Of a DNA stretch of 25,019 nt, positions 8,461 through 16,745 are shown piece after piece. Each line of letters begins with the position of its first letter. The stretch's first letter is position 1. Under the pieces are notes generated by a model. It saw only the letters and a program-made list of their open reading frames with translations, was not told the origin of the DNA and searched no databases. The position numbers were made by a program, and so were the translations under genes. The DNA is taken from positions 1-25,019 of IMG/VR virus record IMGVR_UViG_3300005805_000455, one strand, 5' to 3'. This DNA comes from a virus (Duplodnaviria; Caudoviricetes).

Positions 8461-9338
8461 TAAATTTCTCCTTTTTTATCTTCTACGCTTGCAGCAGTTC
8501 CATGGTGAACAAATCTAGTAACAACACCAGTTTCTTTATCTTTCACAACATACTCAGCGTAAATGTCGTTGTTTTCTACCGTATATTTAGGCAAAGTTAC
8601 TTCGTGACCTTCGTTAATAAAATCCTGATAAGTGGAATTTATTGATTCTTGAGCAGCCATTTCAATAATTAAAGATGGGTCTCTGTCCTTGTAAAATCCA
8701 TTTGCAACCTCAACAGCCTCTTCTTCGCTTTCACAAAAATAGTTAGCTGCTTTAACAAATGTTGAATAAGACTCATCTAATTCTACTAAAAATGAATTAT
8801 GCTGAATCATAGTATAATCTACATCATACTCAACATCCTGATACTCAATGTCTTCTACCATCTTAATTTTGTGGCCAGCATCAGTTGCATCATCAAGTTC
8901 AGTATCATTTAAATGTTCACCAACTTTAATTCCAGTAACTTTGGGTCCAACTGCATGTACTTTATACACTTCCTGACCATTTTTTGATTGACCAGGAACT
9001 GGTTTGACGTGAAGTGCCATAGGATGAACACTAGCTTCTTCAAGTTCAAACTCTTCAGAACGAACAAACATTTTGCCACCCTGAGCATTACGTCTTCTTT
9101 CTTTACCAGCTAAAGAACCACTAGCAATGAATCTACCTCTTGCTTTAGGTGCTTTTTGAGGTTTACCTTGCTGAACTTTGCCACCTTTAGCTAAAAAATC
9201 AGCCATCTGCTTTTGAGACTCTTCTCTTTCTTTTTGCTTTGGATCAGCACGACCAGCGCCGTACTCATCAATTTGTTCTACTTTTTCTTCTACTTTACCA
9301 CGAAGAATACTCAATGCTGTTTGTTCGTATGATTTCAT
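8460..9338 (-). CDS. Hypothetical acidic/basic mosaic protein, candidate internal head protein
   Basis: 292 aa starting MKSYEQ, with many (I/L/V)xE sites separating short segments. Confidence 0.7.
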   Translation of the reverse strand: MKSYEQTALSILRGKVEEKVEQIDEYGAGRADPKQKEREESQKQMADFLAKGGKVQQGKPQKAPKARGRFIASGSLAGKERRRNAQGGKMFVRSEEFELEEASVHPMALHVKPVPGQSKNGQEVYKVHAVGPKVTGIKVGEHLNDTELDDATDAGHKIKMVEDIEYQDVEYDVDYTMIQHNSFLVELDESYSTFVKAANYFCESEEEAVEVANGFYKDRDPSLIIEMAAQESINSTYQDFINEGHEVTLPKYTVENNDIYAEYVVKDKETGVVTRFVHHGTAASVEDKKGEI

Positions 9339-9347
9339 TTTTATTCC

Positions 9348-9776
9348 TTAGTCCATTTTGCTTACGGGAGTTTTACCCCAATATTTACACGACCAGTACC
9401 TAGCTTTTGTTCTTGGACCAGGATTGTCGCAATTATGCCTTGCTCTAAAACTTTTTCTTCTTTCTGGATTATCCCTCTTTATTGAAAGATTGGGATCTCC
9501 AAAACTAACTTTAATAGTATTGCCTTTTTCATTTTTTACATACACGGCACGTTTTTTAGGACCACCTGGAGTTAAAAATGGCTTACCCAAAGTCTTGCCA
9601 TCTTCTTCTTTCATAGCTGCCATATTATCTACTAAGTTAGGATAAGGACGGCCAGCCGCTTTTGCTCTTCTTTTGGCTTCAGCTCTCTGGGAAGGAGTCA
9701 TTTTATTACCCTCTCCCTTATTAGGATTGGGCTGATCCCAGACTTTTTTTTCAGTAAACAATCTAAAGTCAATCAT
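9348..9776 (-). CDS. Small basic protein with a conserved-looking phage domain, candidate internal head protein
   Basis: KVSFGDPNLSIKRDNPERRKSFRARHNC...KARYWSCKYW; N-terminus MIDFRLFTEK; ATGA overlap with the upstream gene. Confidence 0.75.
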   Translation of the reverse strand: MIDFRLFTEKKVWDQPNPNKGEGNKMTPSQRAEAKRRAKAAGRPYPNLVDNMAAMKEEDGKTLGKPFLTPGGPKKRAVYVKNEKGNTIKVSFGDPNLSIKRDNPERRKSFRARHNCDNPGPRTKARYWSCKYWGKTPVSKMD

Positions 9777-11248
9777 CTTTTCTTTGTCCTGTAACTAGCA
9801 ATACGCTTTTGTTCAATTGAACGAATCTTAGGTACCAATCTCTGAGCTAAGGTGTTTTGGATAATCTTGAGTCTTGATACTTGTGCTTCAATCTGAGCTT
9901 TTTCAGAAGCTGACATTTGAGACTTATCTCTACCTTTTAAGAAACGCTTGTATATTGCCCGTCTTGCAGCAAGCCTTGCTCTTCTTTGTAGAGTCGCATT
10001 GTCTGATGCTCTACGAAGTTTAATGTTTTTAGCAACTCCTCTTCTACCTTTAAATCTCGCAAATGACTGACGCTTTTTAATTCTACCTTGAGCTGTAAGA
10101 ACCTCATTTAACTCTTCTTCGTCTTCAACCAAATCACTTTCTGGATATAGATCCACTATATCTTCCCATGTAAGATCATCTACGATCTTTTCCATGTCCT
10201 CTTCTGTAAGAGTCAACTCTTCATCTTGTTTTTCTTGTTCTCTTAAATCACTGTCAAGCTCATTATACGATTTGCCCTTCATAAGATACGAATTAACTCT
10301 TGCCATTCCTATCTGATGGGGTGTCATATTACTTGCTTCCTCAATATGACTATCTACACCACGCTTGTAAATTTCCTTAACAATTTCAAATGAAATATTT
10401 GACTTTTCAGACTTTAATTTTAAGTTAGCAAGTGTGGACTCACTTATAAATTTTATACCCATCTTTTCCTCTAATTGTTCTTTTGTCATTAAAAGGACTG
10501 GCAGTTTGGATTCTTTTACCTTATACTTTATTGCCATAGGCTGCTCTTTTTTATTTTCTCCGGGCGTCATCTTTTTCATGTATTTGGTACCTTCTGGAGT
10601 ACCATCATCAAACCGATAAGGATTTTCATAATCTTCTTTTAGATTGGATCTAATGTGGTTTGCTATCTCGTAAGCATGAGGATGAAGTGCATCTGGTAAC
10701 ATCCTTTTAAACTCTTCATGATTACCAGCCATTGCTGCTTCTCTTGCTTTTGTACCAGAAATTCCACTCAAACCATCTTCTGCATCTGGATCTCTTTCGC
10801 CAGCAGAAACAACATTTATCTTTTTAAACTTGTAGAATCCGTGTTTGCCTTCTTTACCATTATATTTTTGTATCTGTTTTTTGTATTCATCGGCTCTATC
10901 ACTACCAGCTACCATAGTTAGCAAGTTGTACCCTTGTTTGTGTAGATTTGAAGCGTGGTGAAATATTGAAGGGCTACTGGATGAAGAACCAGATACTTTA
11001 GCTGCTTTACCAACCACCTTTTTAATGTAATCAATCTTTTTATTCTGAGGTAAAGGATCTTTTTTACCCTGAGAGTGAGATGTGATAATATGAGCATCTC
11101 CACCTACTTCTCTAGCTGTTTCTATTGTTTTGTTGAAACCAGCCTCATGTCCTTTTGTAATAGGATTAGAACGACCCCACCACAAAACAGCATGTTTGTC
11201 TTTGGGTTGTTCTTCTTTCTTCTCAGAAATGTAGGTTTTAAAGTCCAT
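9773..11248 (-). CDS. Cytidylyltransferase-like (HxGH Rossmann) nucleotidyltransferase with added C-terminal domains
   Basis: WGRSNPITKGH (HxGH variant), MVAGSDR and GISGTKAR (KMSKS-equivalent) match the 'cytidyltransferase' of T4-like cyanophage-type genomes. Confidence 0.8.
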   Translation of the reverse strand: MDFKTYISEKKEEQPKDKHAVLWWGRSNPITKGHEAGFNKTIETAREVGGDAHIITSHSQGKKDPLPQNKKIDYIKKVVGKAAKVSGSSSSSPSIFHHASNLHKQGYNLLTMVAGSDRADEYKKQIQKYNGKEGKHGFYKFKKINVVSAGERDPDAEDGLSGISGTKAREAAMAGNHEEFKRMLPDALHPHAYEIANHIRSNLKEDYENPYRFDDGTPEGTKYMKKMTPGENKKEQPMAIKYKVKESKLPVLLMTKEQLEEKMGIKFISESTLANLKLKSEKSNISFEIVKEIYKRGVDSHIEEASNMTPHQIGMARVNSYLMKGKSYNELDSDLREQEKQDEELTLTEEDMEKIVDDLTWEDIVDLYPESDLVEDEEELNEVLTAQGRIKKRQSFARFKGRRGVAKNIKLRRASDNATLQRRARLAARRAIYKRFLKGRDKSQMSASEKAQIEAQVSRLKIIQNTLAQRLVPKIRSIEQKRIASYRTKKR

Positions 11249-11253
11249 TTAGG

Positions 11254-11261
11254 TATTTATT
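11254..11261 (-). promoter_or_regulatory. T4-type late promoter variant AATAAATA
   Basis: One mismatch to TATAAATA, 5 bp upstream of the ATG at 11248, in an intergenic gap. Confidence 0.55.
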
Positions 11262-11278
11262 ACTTTTTTACTCTGGAC

Positions 11279-12718
11279 TTAATATATCTCACGCCACTGA
11301 ATAGCAGCTGCTACTGATGCTGCCGTACCAGGAGATGTAGCAAGTGTTTTCACAACTATAGCATATACTTCTGAATTTGAAGAATCTATATTTTGCACTA
11401 TGATATTTTTCTTTGCGGAAGTCAAAGACCCAGAAGCTACAGGGGAAAGAGAGTTTTGAGAAGCTCCTGACGGAACATACCCTCCAGCAAAAACATCTCC
11501 ATCGTTGTATTGAGTGGCATCAGTACAAACTTCAACTCCACTTGCATTAGATGTAGAAACCCAGGTACATTGACCGAAACCAGAAGCATTTCCAATATTA
11601 CCTTGATTAGGTAGCTTAATAATTTTATAAGCTATACTATTTTGTTCACAATATAAAGATATATTGTTTAGTCTAACTGATATTCTATTTGGAAATCCTG
11701 CAAAATCTTTTTTTAGTCTAAGCGCTATTAGCGGTAATTCAGTTCCCCCGGGAGTTGCTGTGGTTCTTGTAGTTGACATAACATCTGCAAAATCAATACC
11801 ACTTTCGACATAACCACCCTCACTTGCCACGTGGGAACAAATCTGATCCATTGATCCACCAGCGGTGTTACCAGTGTTGCGCATTTCACAGCGTACTGGA
11901 AGGTTTGGATTAGATATGTAGACATTAGCTAATACATTAGAATTGTAGTATTCATGTGCAACAACTAATTCCCCATTGTGTACAAAACCAGTTCTGACTC
12001 TACCAACACCCAGCCATTGAAAATCTATGTACACTAATTGTGTTTTAGAAGTATCTATATTTAAACCACTTGGTCCAGTTCCATCACATTTATCTACGTT
12101 CCAGTCACTTTGTATTACTCTTCTTTTATAAGTTCCAACGTTAGATTCATCTGCAAACCCATTTATAAATGAACGTATTACGAAATAAAGATTGCCATTA
12201 TTAGTATTGTTTGAATTTATTCCACCCTCTTGTTCAAAATATATGCCATCCCTATCATCAAAATACCCTGTTCTTTTAGTAACGTTTTGTTGCGCGTAAC
12301 CAAAATTGATTGACGAAAATATAAGTTGAGATTTTCCAGGTTGATAATGGTGATAAAATTTTGTCTGGTGAATTACATTAGACTTTGGGCTTGAATTGGT
12401 AGTTAAAGTGGCAGCAGCTTTATTTGCAATGTAAGCAACATTACCACCAAACTCGAGCTTATCTAAAAAGTTTGGATCAATGGCATATAGGTGTTTGTAG
12501 TCCCCTAATGTAAACGGTTCGCTAACTCTAAGACGACCAAACGCATCTGGATTAATTCCTTCTACAGTTACATTGCCGCTAGAATCAACTGGAAATCTAT
12601 TTGTAGTAGCTACAGCATTTCCACTATGAATAACAGTTATTGGTATGGTATTACCAACATCATTTTTTACTTCTACTTCATTTGTAATTGCTGTATTACT
12701 GCTAAAAAGATACGTCAT
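11279..12718 (-). CDS. Putative virion structural protein
   Basis: Beta-rich; DAFGRLRVSEPFTL...YQPGKSQ...IDFQWLGVGRVR. The start at 12718 (MTYLFS) overlaps the upstream TGA as ATGA. Confidence 0.7.
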   Translation of the reverse strand: MTYLFSSNTAITNEVEVKNDVGNTIPITVIHSGNAVATTNRFPVDSSGNVTVEGINPDAFGRLRVSEPFTLGDYKHLYAIDPNFLDKLEFGGNVAYIANKAAATLTTNSSPKSNVIHQTKFYHHYQPGKSQLIFSSINFGYAQQNVTKRTGYFDDRDGIYFEQEGGINSNNTNNGNLYFVIRSFINGFADESNVGTYKRRVIQSDWNVDKCDGTGPSGLNIDTSKTQLVYIDFQWLGVGRVRTGFVHNGELVVAHEYYNSNVLANVYISNPNLPVRCEMRNTGNTAGGSMDQICSHVASEGGYVESGIDFADVMSTTRTTATPGGTELPLIALRLKKDFAGFPNRISVRLNNISLYCEQNSIAYKIIKLPNQGNIGNASGFGQCTWVSTSNASGVEVCTDATQYNDGDVFAGGYVPSGASQNSLSPVASGSLTSAKKNIIVQNIDSSNSEVYAIVVKTLATSPGTAASVAAAIQWREIY

Positions 12719-13494
12719 ACTATTCTCCAACCTTCTCTATAAATCATTTGTATTCCACCATTATCCTGTGCTAGGATAAATCCACCAGGATCATTGTCAA
12801 CGAATCCAGACACAACTATTGGGTTATTGGAACAATTGCCAGATTCATCTTTAATAATTACCATTCTACCTGGAAATCCTATTGCATCAGGTAGTGTTAT
12901 ATTAACAGAAACAGCAGCGTTAACACCTATGTAGTAATCTCTTCTTGTAATAGTATAGTTTTCAGTTACTAACTTAACAGGGTGATCTAAATTTATTACA
13001 TCTCATGCTCCACCACCAGGACCAGTTAGAGATATTTTCGCTATCCAATCTTCAAGAAATTTTATCTTGCGTTTAACATCTTCAATGTTTTTTACAGATA
13101 TTGTTGAGTCAGGTTGTTGATAGGAATTATTTTTTTCTTCTAATTTAACTTCTTTAGTAATGTGTTCTGCGGCACGTTTGGCAAGGGACTGGGGTTCTGG
13201 GGATACTTTGGTGGCCTGTGCTTGAACCAACTCATTTTGTTCCTCCTTTAAGACTTGCATTACTTCATCTAAGGTTGGAGGCTTAGGATATTCAATGTTT
13301 ACTTTTCTAACAAAATCTTCTGCTACTTTAGAAGCCTCTACTAGATCATTTATACTGTTTTGTTTAACTGACTCAATAATTTCTTTTTGAATCTGTTCAT
13401 ATCTAGTTACTTCTTCAAGCAAATCATGATCAATGGGCTCATTCATAGCCTTTGACCATTTAACTAACATTTGTTTTTCTTTTATACTTTTCAT
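12715..13494 (-). pseudogene. 259-codon gene interrupted by a single in-frame TGA at 13003-13005 (nonsense change, sequencing error or readthrough)
   Basis: The 163-aa ORF ends GPGGGA*. The same frame continues for 95 sense codons (DVINLDHPVKLVTENYTITRRDYYIGVN...IIKDESG...GWRIV) to a TGA that overlaps the next ATG. Confidence 0.75.
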
Positions 13495-13495
13495 G

Positions 13496-13524
13496 TTGTC
13501 TATCTGTTGACCATAGTGTAGTAT
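13496..13524 (+). promoter_or_regulatory. Possible antisense sigma70-like promoter
   Basis: TTGTCT-17 bp-TAGTAT on the plus strand within the 57-bp intergenic gap. Confidence 0.4.
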
Positions 13525-13551
13525 TCGCGGTGCTGAGCGATGAAGAGTTGT

Positions 13552-14721
13552 TTATCTTGGTCTAGCAGCAAAGTTAAGTTTACTAAACTCAGCTCTATCA
13601 ACTATTTTGGTTGGTCTGTTATTGATAACGGATACAAACCCTTCTGGCTTAACTGGGTTACCATTAACAGAATGTTCGTATGTTGGATTAGCAGCAAGTA
13701 CTCTGTTAAGAACGTTCTTGGCATTCTGGATATGCTTATGAGTTTCAAACGTTCTATTAAAAGCATCGGTATTCTTATCGGCATGACTAATTAATGCATC
13801 TCCAGCAGCAATGTGTCTTTGCTTTGCATCGTCACTCTTAACACCTTCAGCTTTTTTGGCGTAATGAGCTTTAACATGATCCTTGTAATCATTTAGATTT
13901 GGTGTTGTACCATCTCTTACTGTTTTATTAATGTAAGTCTTAAGATGGTCTATGTGACCTTCATGGTGATCATAGTTCTTTTGTTGAGAGTGAGAATCTA
14001 AAGCGGCACTCATATGCTTTGCAAACTCTTCTTGATCTTTCTTACCATACTGCACCTTGGACACATCAACTTTTGGTGACACCATATGTACATCTGGATG
14101 ATTATTGAAGTCTGAAAGATCAGCGTTGTACTGAGCTTTCATGCCATCAAGAGTATCACCTTTGTACGCAGTATGAACTGCAACCCCAATCTTTGATTTG
14201 TTTATCTTATCGCCTTCTTCAGAATTGGTAGGCGTAGAGTATGTAATTGTGTTAGGTTTAAAGTGGTGCTTACCACCTTCTGTTTGTACATCCCCATCTT
14301 CTTTACTGTACATAAAGTCACCCTGATACACGCCTTCTTTTGGCGCAACTTTGGGTAGGTGTTCCAGAGCAGCTTTTAACTTAGATACTAAACCAGGAGC
14401 ATGGCCATGATTCTTTTCAACATCTTCTGGTGTATAGTTTAACTTTGGCGTAGCGTTAAATGCAGACTTGGATGCGACAAAGAATTTACCAGTCTCTGGA
14501 TGTGTACCAAATACAATAGATGGAGAACCATCGAACTTTGTACTGACAGAAGCCTTAGAGTTTCTACCAGCCATAAGTTCGTGAGTATTGTGAAGAGTAT
14601 CAAACGCATGTTGAAACCCTTCCCTACCGTTGTTAATGTGATGATCTTCAGCGTGCTCTAAGTGAGTAAGTTTGTCTTCACTGGTAGCTGCTTCTGTAAG
14701 TATAAATGTTTTGAATTTCAT
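13552..14721 (-). CDS. Conserved phage protein with ATP-dependent ligase/capping-enzyme-like motifs
   Basis: STKFDGSP (KxDG motif I), YQGDFMY (III-like), PEGFV (IV) and TKIVDR (V). The N-terminus is MKFKTFILTEA. Confidence 0.65.
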   Translation of the reverse strand: MKFKTFILTEAATSEDKLTHLEHAEDHHINNGREGFQHAFDTLHNTHELMAGRNSKASVSTKFDGSPSIVFGTHPETGKFFVASKSAFNATPKLNYTPEDVEKNHGHAPGLVSKLKAALEHLPKVAPKEGVYQGDFMYSKEDGDVQTEGGKHHFKPNTITYSTPTNSEEGDKINKSKIGVAVHTAYKGDTLDGMKAQYNADLSDFNNHPDVHMVSPKVDVSKVQYGKKDQEEFAKHMSAALDSHSQQKNYDHHEGHIDHLKTYINKTVRDGTTPNLNDYKDHVKAHYAKKAEGVKSDDAKQRHIAAGDALISHADKNTDAFNRTFETHKHIQNAKNVLNRVLAANPTYEHSVNGNPVKPEGFVSVINNRPTKIVDRAEFSKLNFAARPR

Positions 14722-15446
14722 TAAAGTTTAACCTTTGGTTTAACTGTACCACTTGTTACTCTTTCGATAAAAATTTCATTTTTGGATATCTTTTTAACTG
14801 CTTCAATGTTACCAAAATTAGGACCAGAACCATTGTTTATAAAAATAACTTCGTGATTTTTAAAATAACTATTATAAGCAATGTCTTTAAATCTATTCTC
14901 AATGCTTTTAAATTCTGCAGGTGCTTTTTCCCTCATTGTGTCCATAATACCTCCAGACATCTCAGTTTTTTTACCTGCTAATTTTAATTTTGTATTAAGT
15001 TTAAATAAATCTTCAATAATATCAGTGAGTGGGACTGTTCCACCTAACTTAAAATCACTGGCCATTTTATCTTTGGAAACTTTAACAGCTTTAACTTCAT
15101 ACCCTTTAGAACCAATTTTAACATCAACACCAGCACTAGTTCCTCCTCCAAGATGAGCTGTGTCAATTAAAAAATAAAGAGTAACTTCTCCAGGACCAAT
15201 ACCTTTTAAATTGTAATTATGAAGTTTCTCAAACATAGACTTATCCTCTGATTTAAGACTATTAATCAAAGAATTAACTGTAGTAAGATTAAAGGAAGAA
15301 GTGGTTTTGTTAAGATTAAATTTAGGAAAAAAATGCAAATTAAAAAGGTATTGGATTTCTTTTTTGTACTTTAAACTGGTAAAATCACCAGCGGTGAAAT
15401 TAAATGAAGTTATTTTTGTTGCTCTAGAAATGAATGTTTTGTCCAT
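14721..15446 (-). CDS. Hypothetical protein, possible PD-(D/E)xK nuclease fold
   Basis: GPGE...GVDVKIGSKGYEVKA gives an E...D...ExK arrangement. It is the first gene after the late promoter. Confidence 0.55.
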   Translation of the reverse strand: MDKTFISRATKITSFNFTAGDFTSLKYKKEIQYLFNLHFFPKFNLNKTTSSFNLTTVNSLINSLKSEDKSMFEKLHNYNLKGIGPGEVTLYFLIDTAHLGGGTSAGVDVKIGSKGYEVKAVKVSKDKMASDFKLGGTVPLTDIIEDLFKLNTKLKLAGKKTEMSGGIMDTMREKAPAEFKSIENRFKDIAYNSYFKNHEVIFINNGSGPNFGNIEAVKKISKNEIFIERVTSGTVKPKVKL

Positions 15447-15453
15447 GATCTAT

Positions 15454-15461
15454 TATTTATA
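15454..15461 (-). promoter_or_regulatory. T4-type late promoter TATAAATA
   Basis: Exact gp55 consensus on the minus strand, between the terminator and the ATG at 15446. Confidence 0.8.
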
Positions 15462-15466
15462 GCAAT

Positions 15467-15491
15467 AAAAAACCCGCCACAAGGGCGGGTT
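15467..15491 (-). terminator. Rho-independent terminator
   Basis: Minus strand AACCCGCC-CTTGT-GGCGGGTT followed by TTTT. Confidence 0.9.
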
Positions 15492-15560
15492 AGTACCGGT
15501 TACGAGTTCCGGTGACACTCTGAATAGGAGGAAGAGAGGTGTGCCCGGTTTATCTTTGGT

Positions 15561-15809
15561 TTAGTTAAAAACCGAGCTTCCAGCAGCAGCATAAGCCATT
15601 GCTACCATAGCACGCGAAGGACGGCCAAGGCGGTAGCGGGTTGCACCCTCTTCAGTGGGGTTGCTGTAAATTGCATGACCCTGAGAACGAAGCTCAGAGA
15701 TGCGAGCAGTAACTGTGCTCTCTGTGGTACGAAGTTGCTTTGCAATGGCGGAAGCAGAAAAGTTTTTGCCAGTACGAAGCACGTTCAGAACTTTAGTTTG
15801 CAACGACAT
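15561..15809 (-). CDS. Small winged-HTH DNA-binding protein
   Basis: MSLQTKVLNVLRTGKNFSASAIAKQLRTTESTVTARISELRSQGHAI...YRL. SD AAGGAG at 15819-15824 supports a start at 15809 rather than 15848. Confidence 0.8.
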   Translation of the reverse strand: MSLQTKVLNVLRTGKNFSASAIAKQLRTTESTVTARISELRSQGHAIYSNPTEEGATRYRLGRPSRAMVAMAYAAAGSSVFN

Positions 15810-15842
15810 ATTGTAAATCTCCTTATCAAGCCACTTTACACA

Positions 15843-15874
15843 GATCAATTAAGTCGTGGCATTCTTAATTGATC
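15843..15874. repeat. Perfect 11-bp inverted repeat in the HTH gene leader
   Basis: GATCAATTAAG-10 nt-CTTAATTGATC. Confidence 0.9.
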
Positions 15875-15886
15875 ACAGGAAACATT

Positions 15887-15915
15887 ATAATAATACATTA
15901 TTAATTAATTGTCAA
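15887..15915 (-). promoter_or_regulatory. Strong sigma70-like (early) promoter
   Basis: TTGACA-17 bp-TATTAT, with an overlapping TATAAT, upstream of the HTH gene. Confidence 0.8.
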
Positions 15916-15919
15916 CTAC

Positions 15920-16111
15920 TTAGTCTTCGTCCTTTGAAAGTTTATCATGTAGTTTATCTAAGTCATTCATTGTAAGTACTTTTTGGTCAATAAGTAATGC
16001 ACAAAAGTTAGCTGCACCGTTAACCTTACCAGCTACGTAGCAAGAGATGCAAGCACCAACTAAAAGAACAATGTGAAACAAATCTGTGTAATTAAATCCA
16101 GGATCAAACAT
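15920..16111 (-). CDS. Small membrane protein
   Basis: Likely start MFDPGF at 16111, overlapping the upstream stop; hydrophobic segment LFHIVLLVGACISCYVAG. Confidence 0.6.
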   Translation of the reverse strand: MFDPGFNYTDLFHIVLLVGACISCYVAGKVNGAANFCALLIDQKVLTMNDLDKLHDKLSKDED

Positions 16112-16736
16112 AAGCCATCCATTTGTAAGTTTTGTTGAGAAGCCGTTTCTTAATAGCACTCCAGTCACACCTGCCAAATGTGCGCTTGTAGTAATTATAT
16201 GACGGAATTTTTCTTGATCTAGATATAGCCCTTAAAACGGTATAAGGGTCCTTATTTGGATAGTAAAACCTTATTTCCATTGCAATGTCGTGAGCATAGG
16301 CATCTATTTCATCTACATCAGACAGATATTCCCTTTCTTCACTCAAAGTACCATAAACGTTTCTAAAATCTAATTTTACAACGTCTTCAATATAATCTCT
16401 ATGTTGCCATTGGTTTTGGTGAATAGTTTCGTGTTGGATTGTTTGTGAAACTAAAAAAGAAAACTCATCGTAAGTATGACCACTTAAGTTTAAAGTGTTA
16501 GAATGCTTTGATACATTGAGGATGACATACTTTTTATCGCAGGTCATATCGTATAGACCTGAAACGGTATATTCTTGTTCTTTAAGATCTCCGTATCTTT
16601 CAATCTTAAATTTTAAATCTTTGGGAAAGTCAAACGCTTTACCCAATCGTCTTGTAATTGTGTCATATGTCAGGTATCCATCAAATTTACTTTTGTTTTC
16701 TACAAATACTTTTTCTATATTTGGAGCAAGATACAT
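16104..16736 (-). CDS. Hypothetical protein with an HExxH zincin-like motif
   Basis: QHETIHQNQ plus downstream EIDAYA; strong SD (AGGAGAGG). Confidence 0.65.
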   Translation of the reverse strand: MYLAPNIEKVFVENKSKFDGYLTYDTITRRLGKAFDFPKDLKFKIERYGDLKEQEYTVSGLYDMTCDKKYVILNVSKHSNTLNLSGHTYDEFSFLVSQTIQHETIHQNQWQHRDYIEDVVKLDFRNVYGTLSEEREYLSDVDEIDAYAHDIAMEIRFYYPNKDPYTVLRAISRSRKIPSYNYYKRTFGRCDWSAIKKRLLNKTYKWMAYV

Positions 16737-16745
16737 TTCCTCTCC

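Noticed and set aside
13003-13005. Selenocysteine reading of the in-frame TGA
   Set aside because: The context is a Gly-rich linker rather than a redox motif, and no convincing SECIS-like hairpin follows.
13540-13794. 84-aa plus-strand ORF after the putative antisense promoter
   Set aside because: It is antisense to a well-formed gene, with no convincing SD and no recognisable features.
15526-15564. Plus-strand AGGAGG followed by a GTG 7-codon mini-ORF
   Set aside because: It is too short, has no plus-strand promoter, and is better explained as the minus-strand stem-loop.
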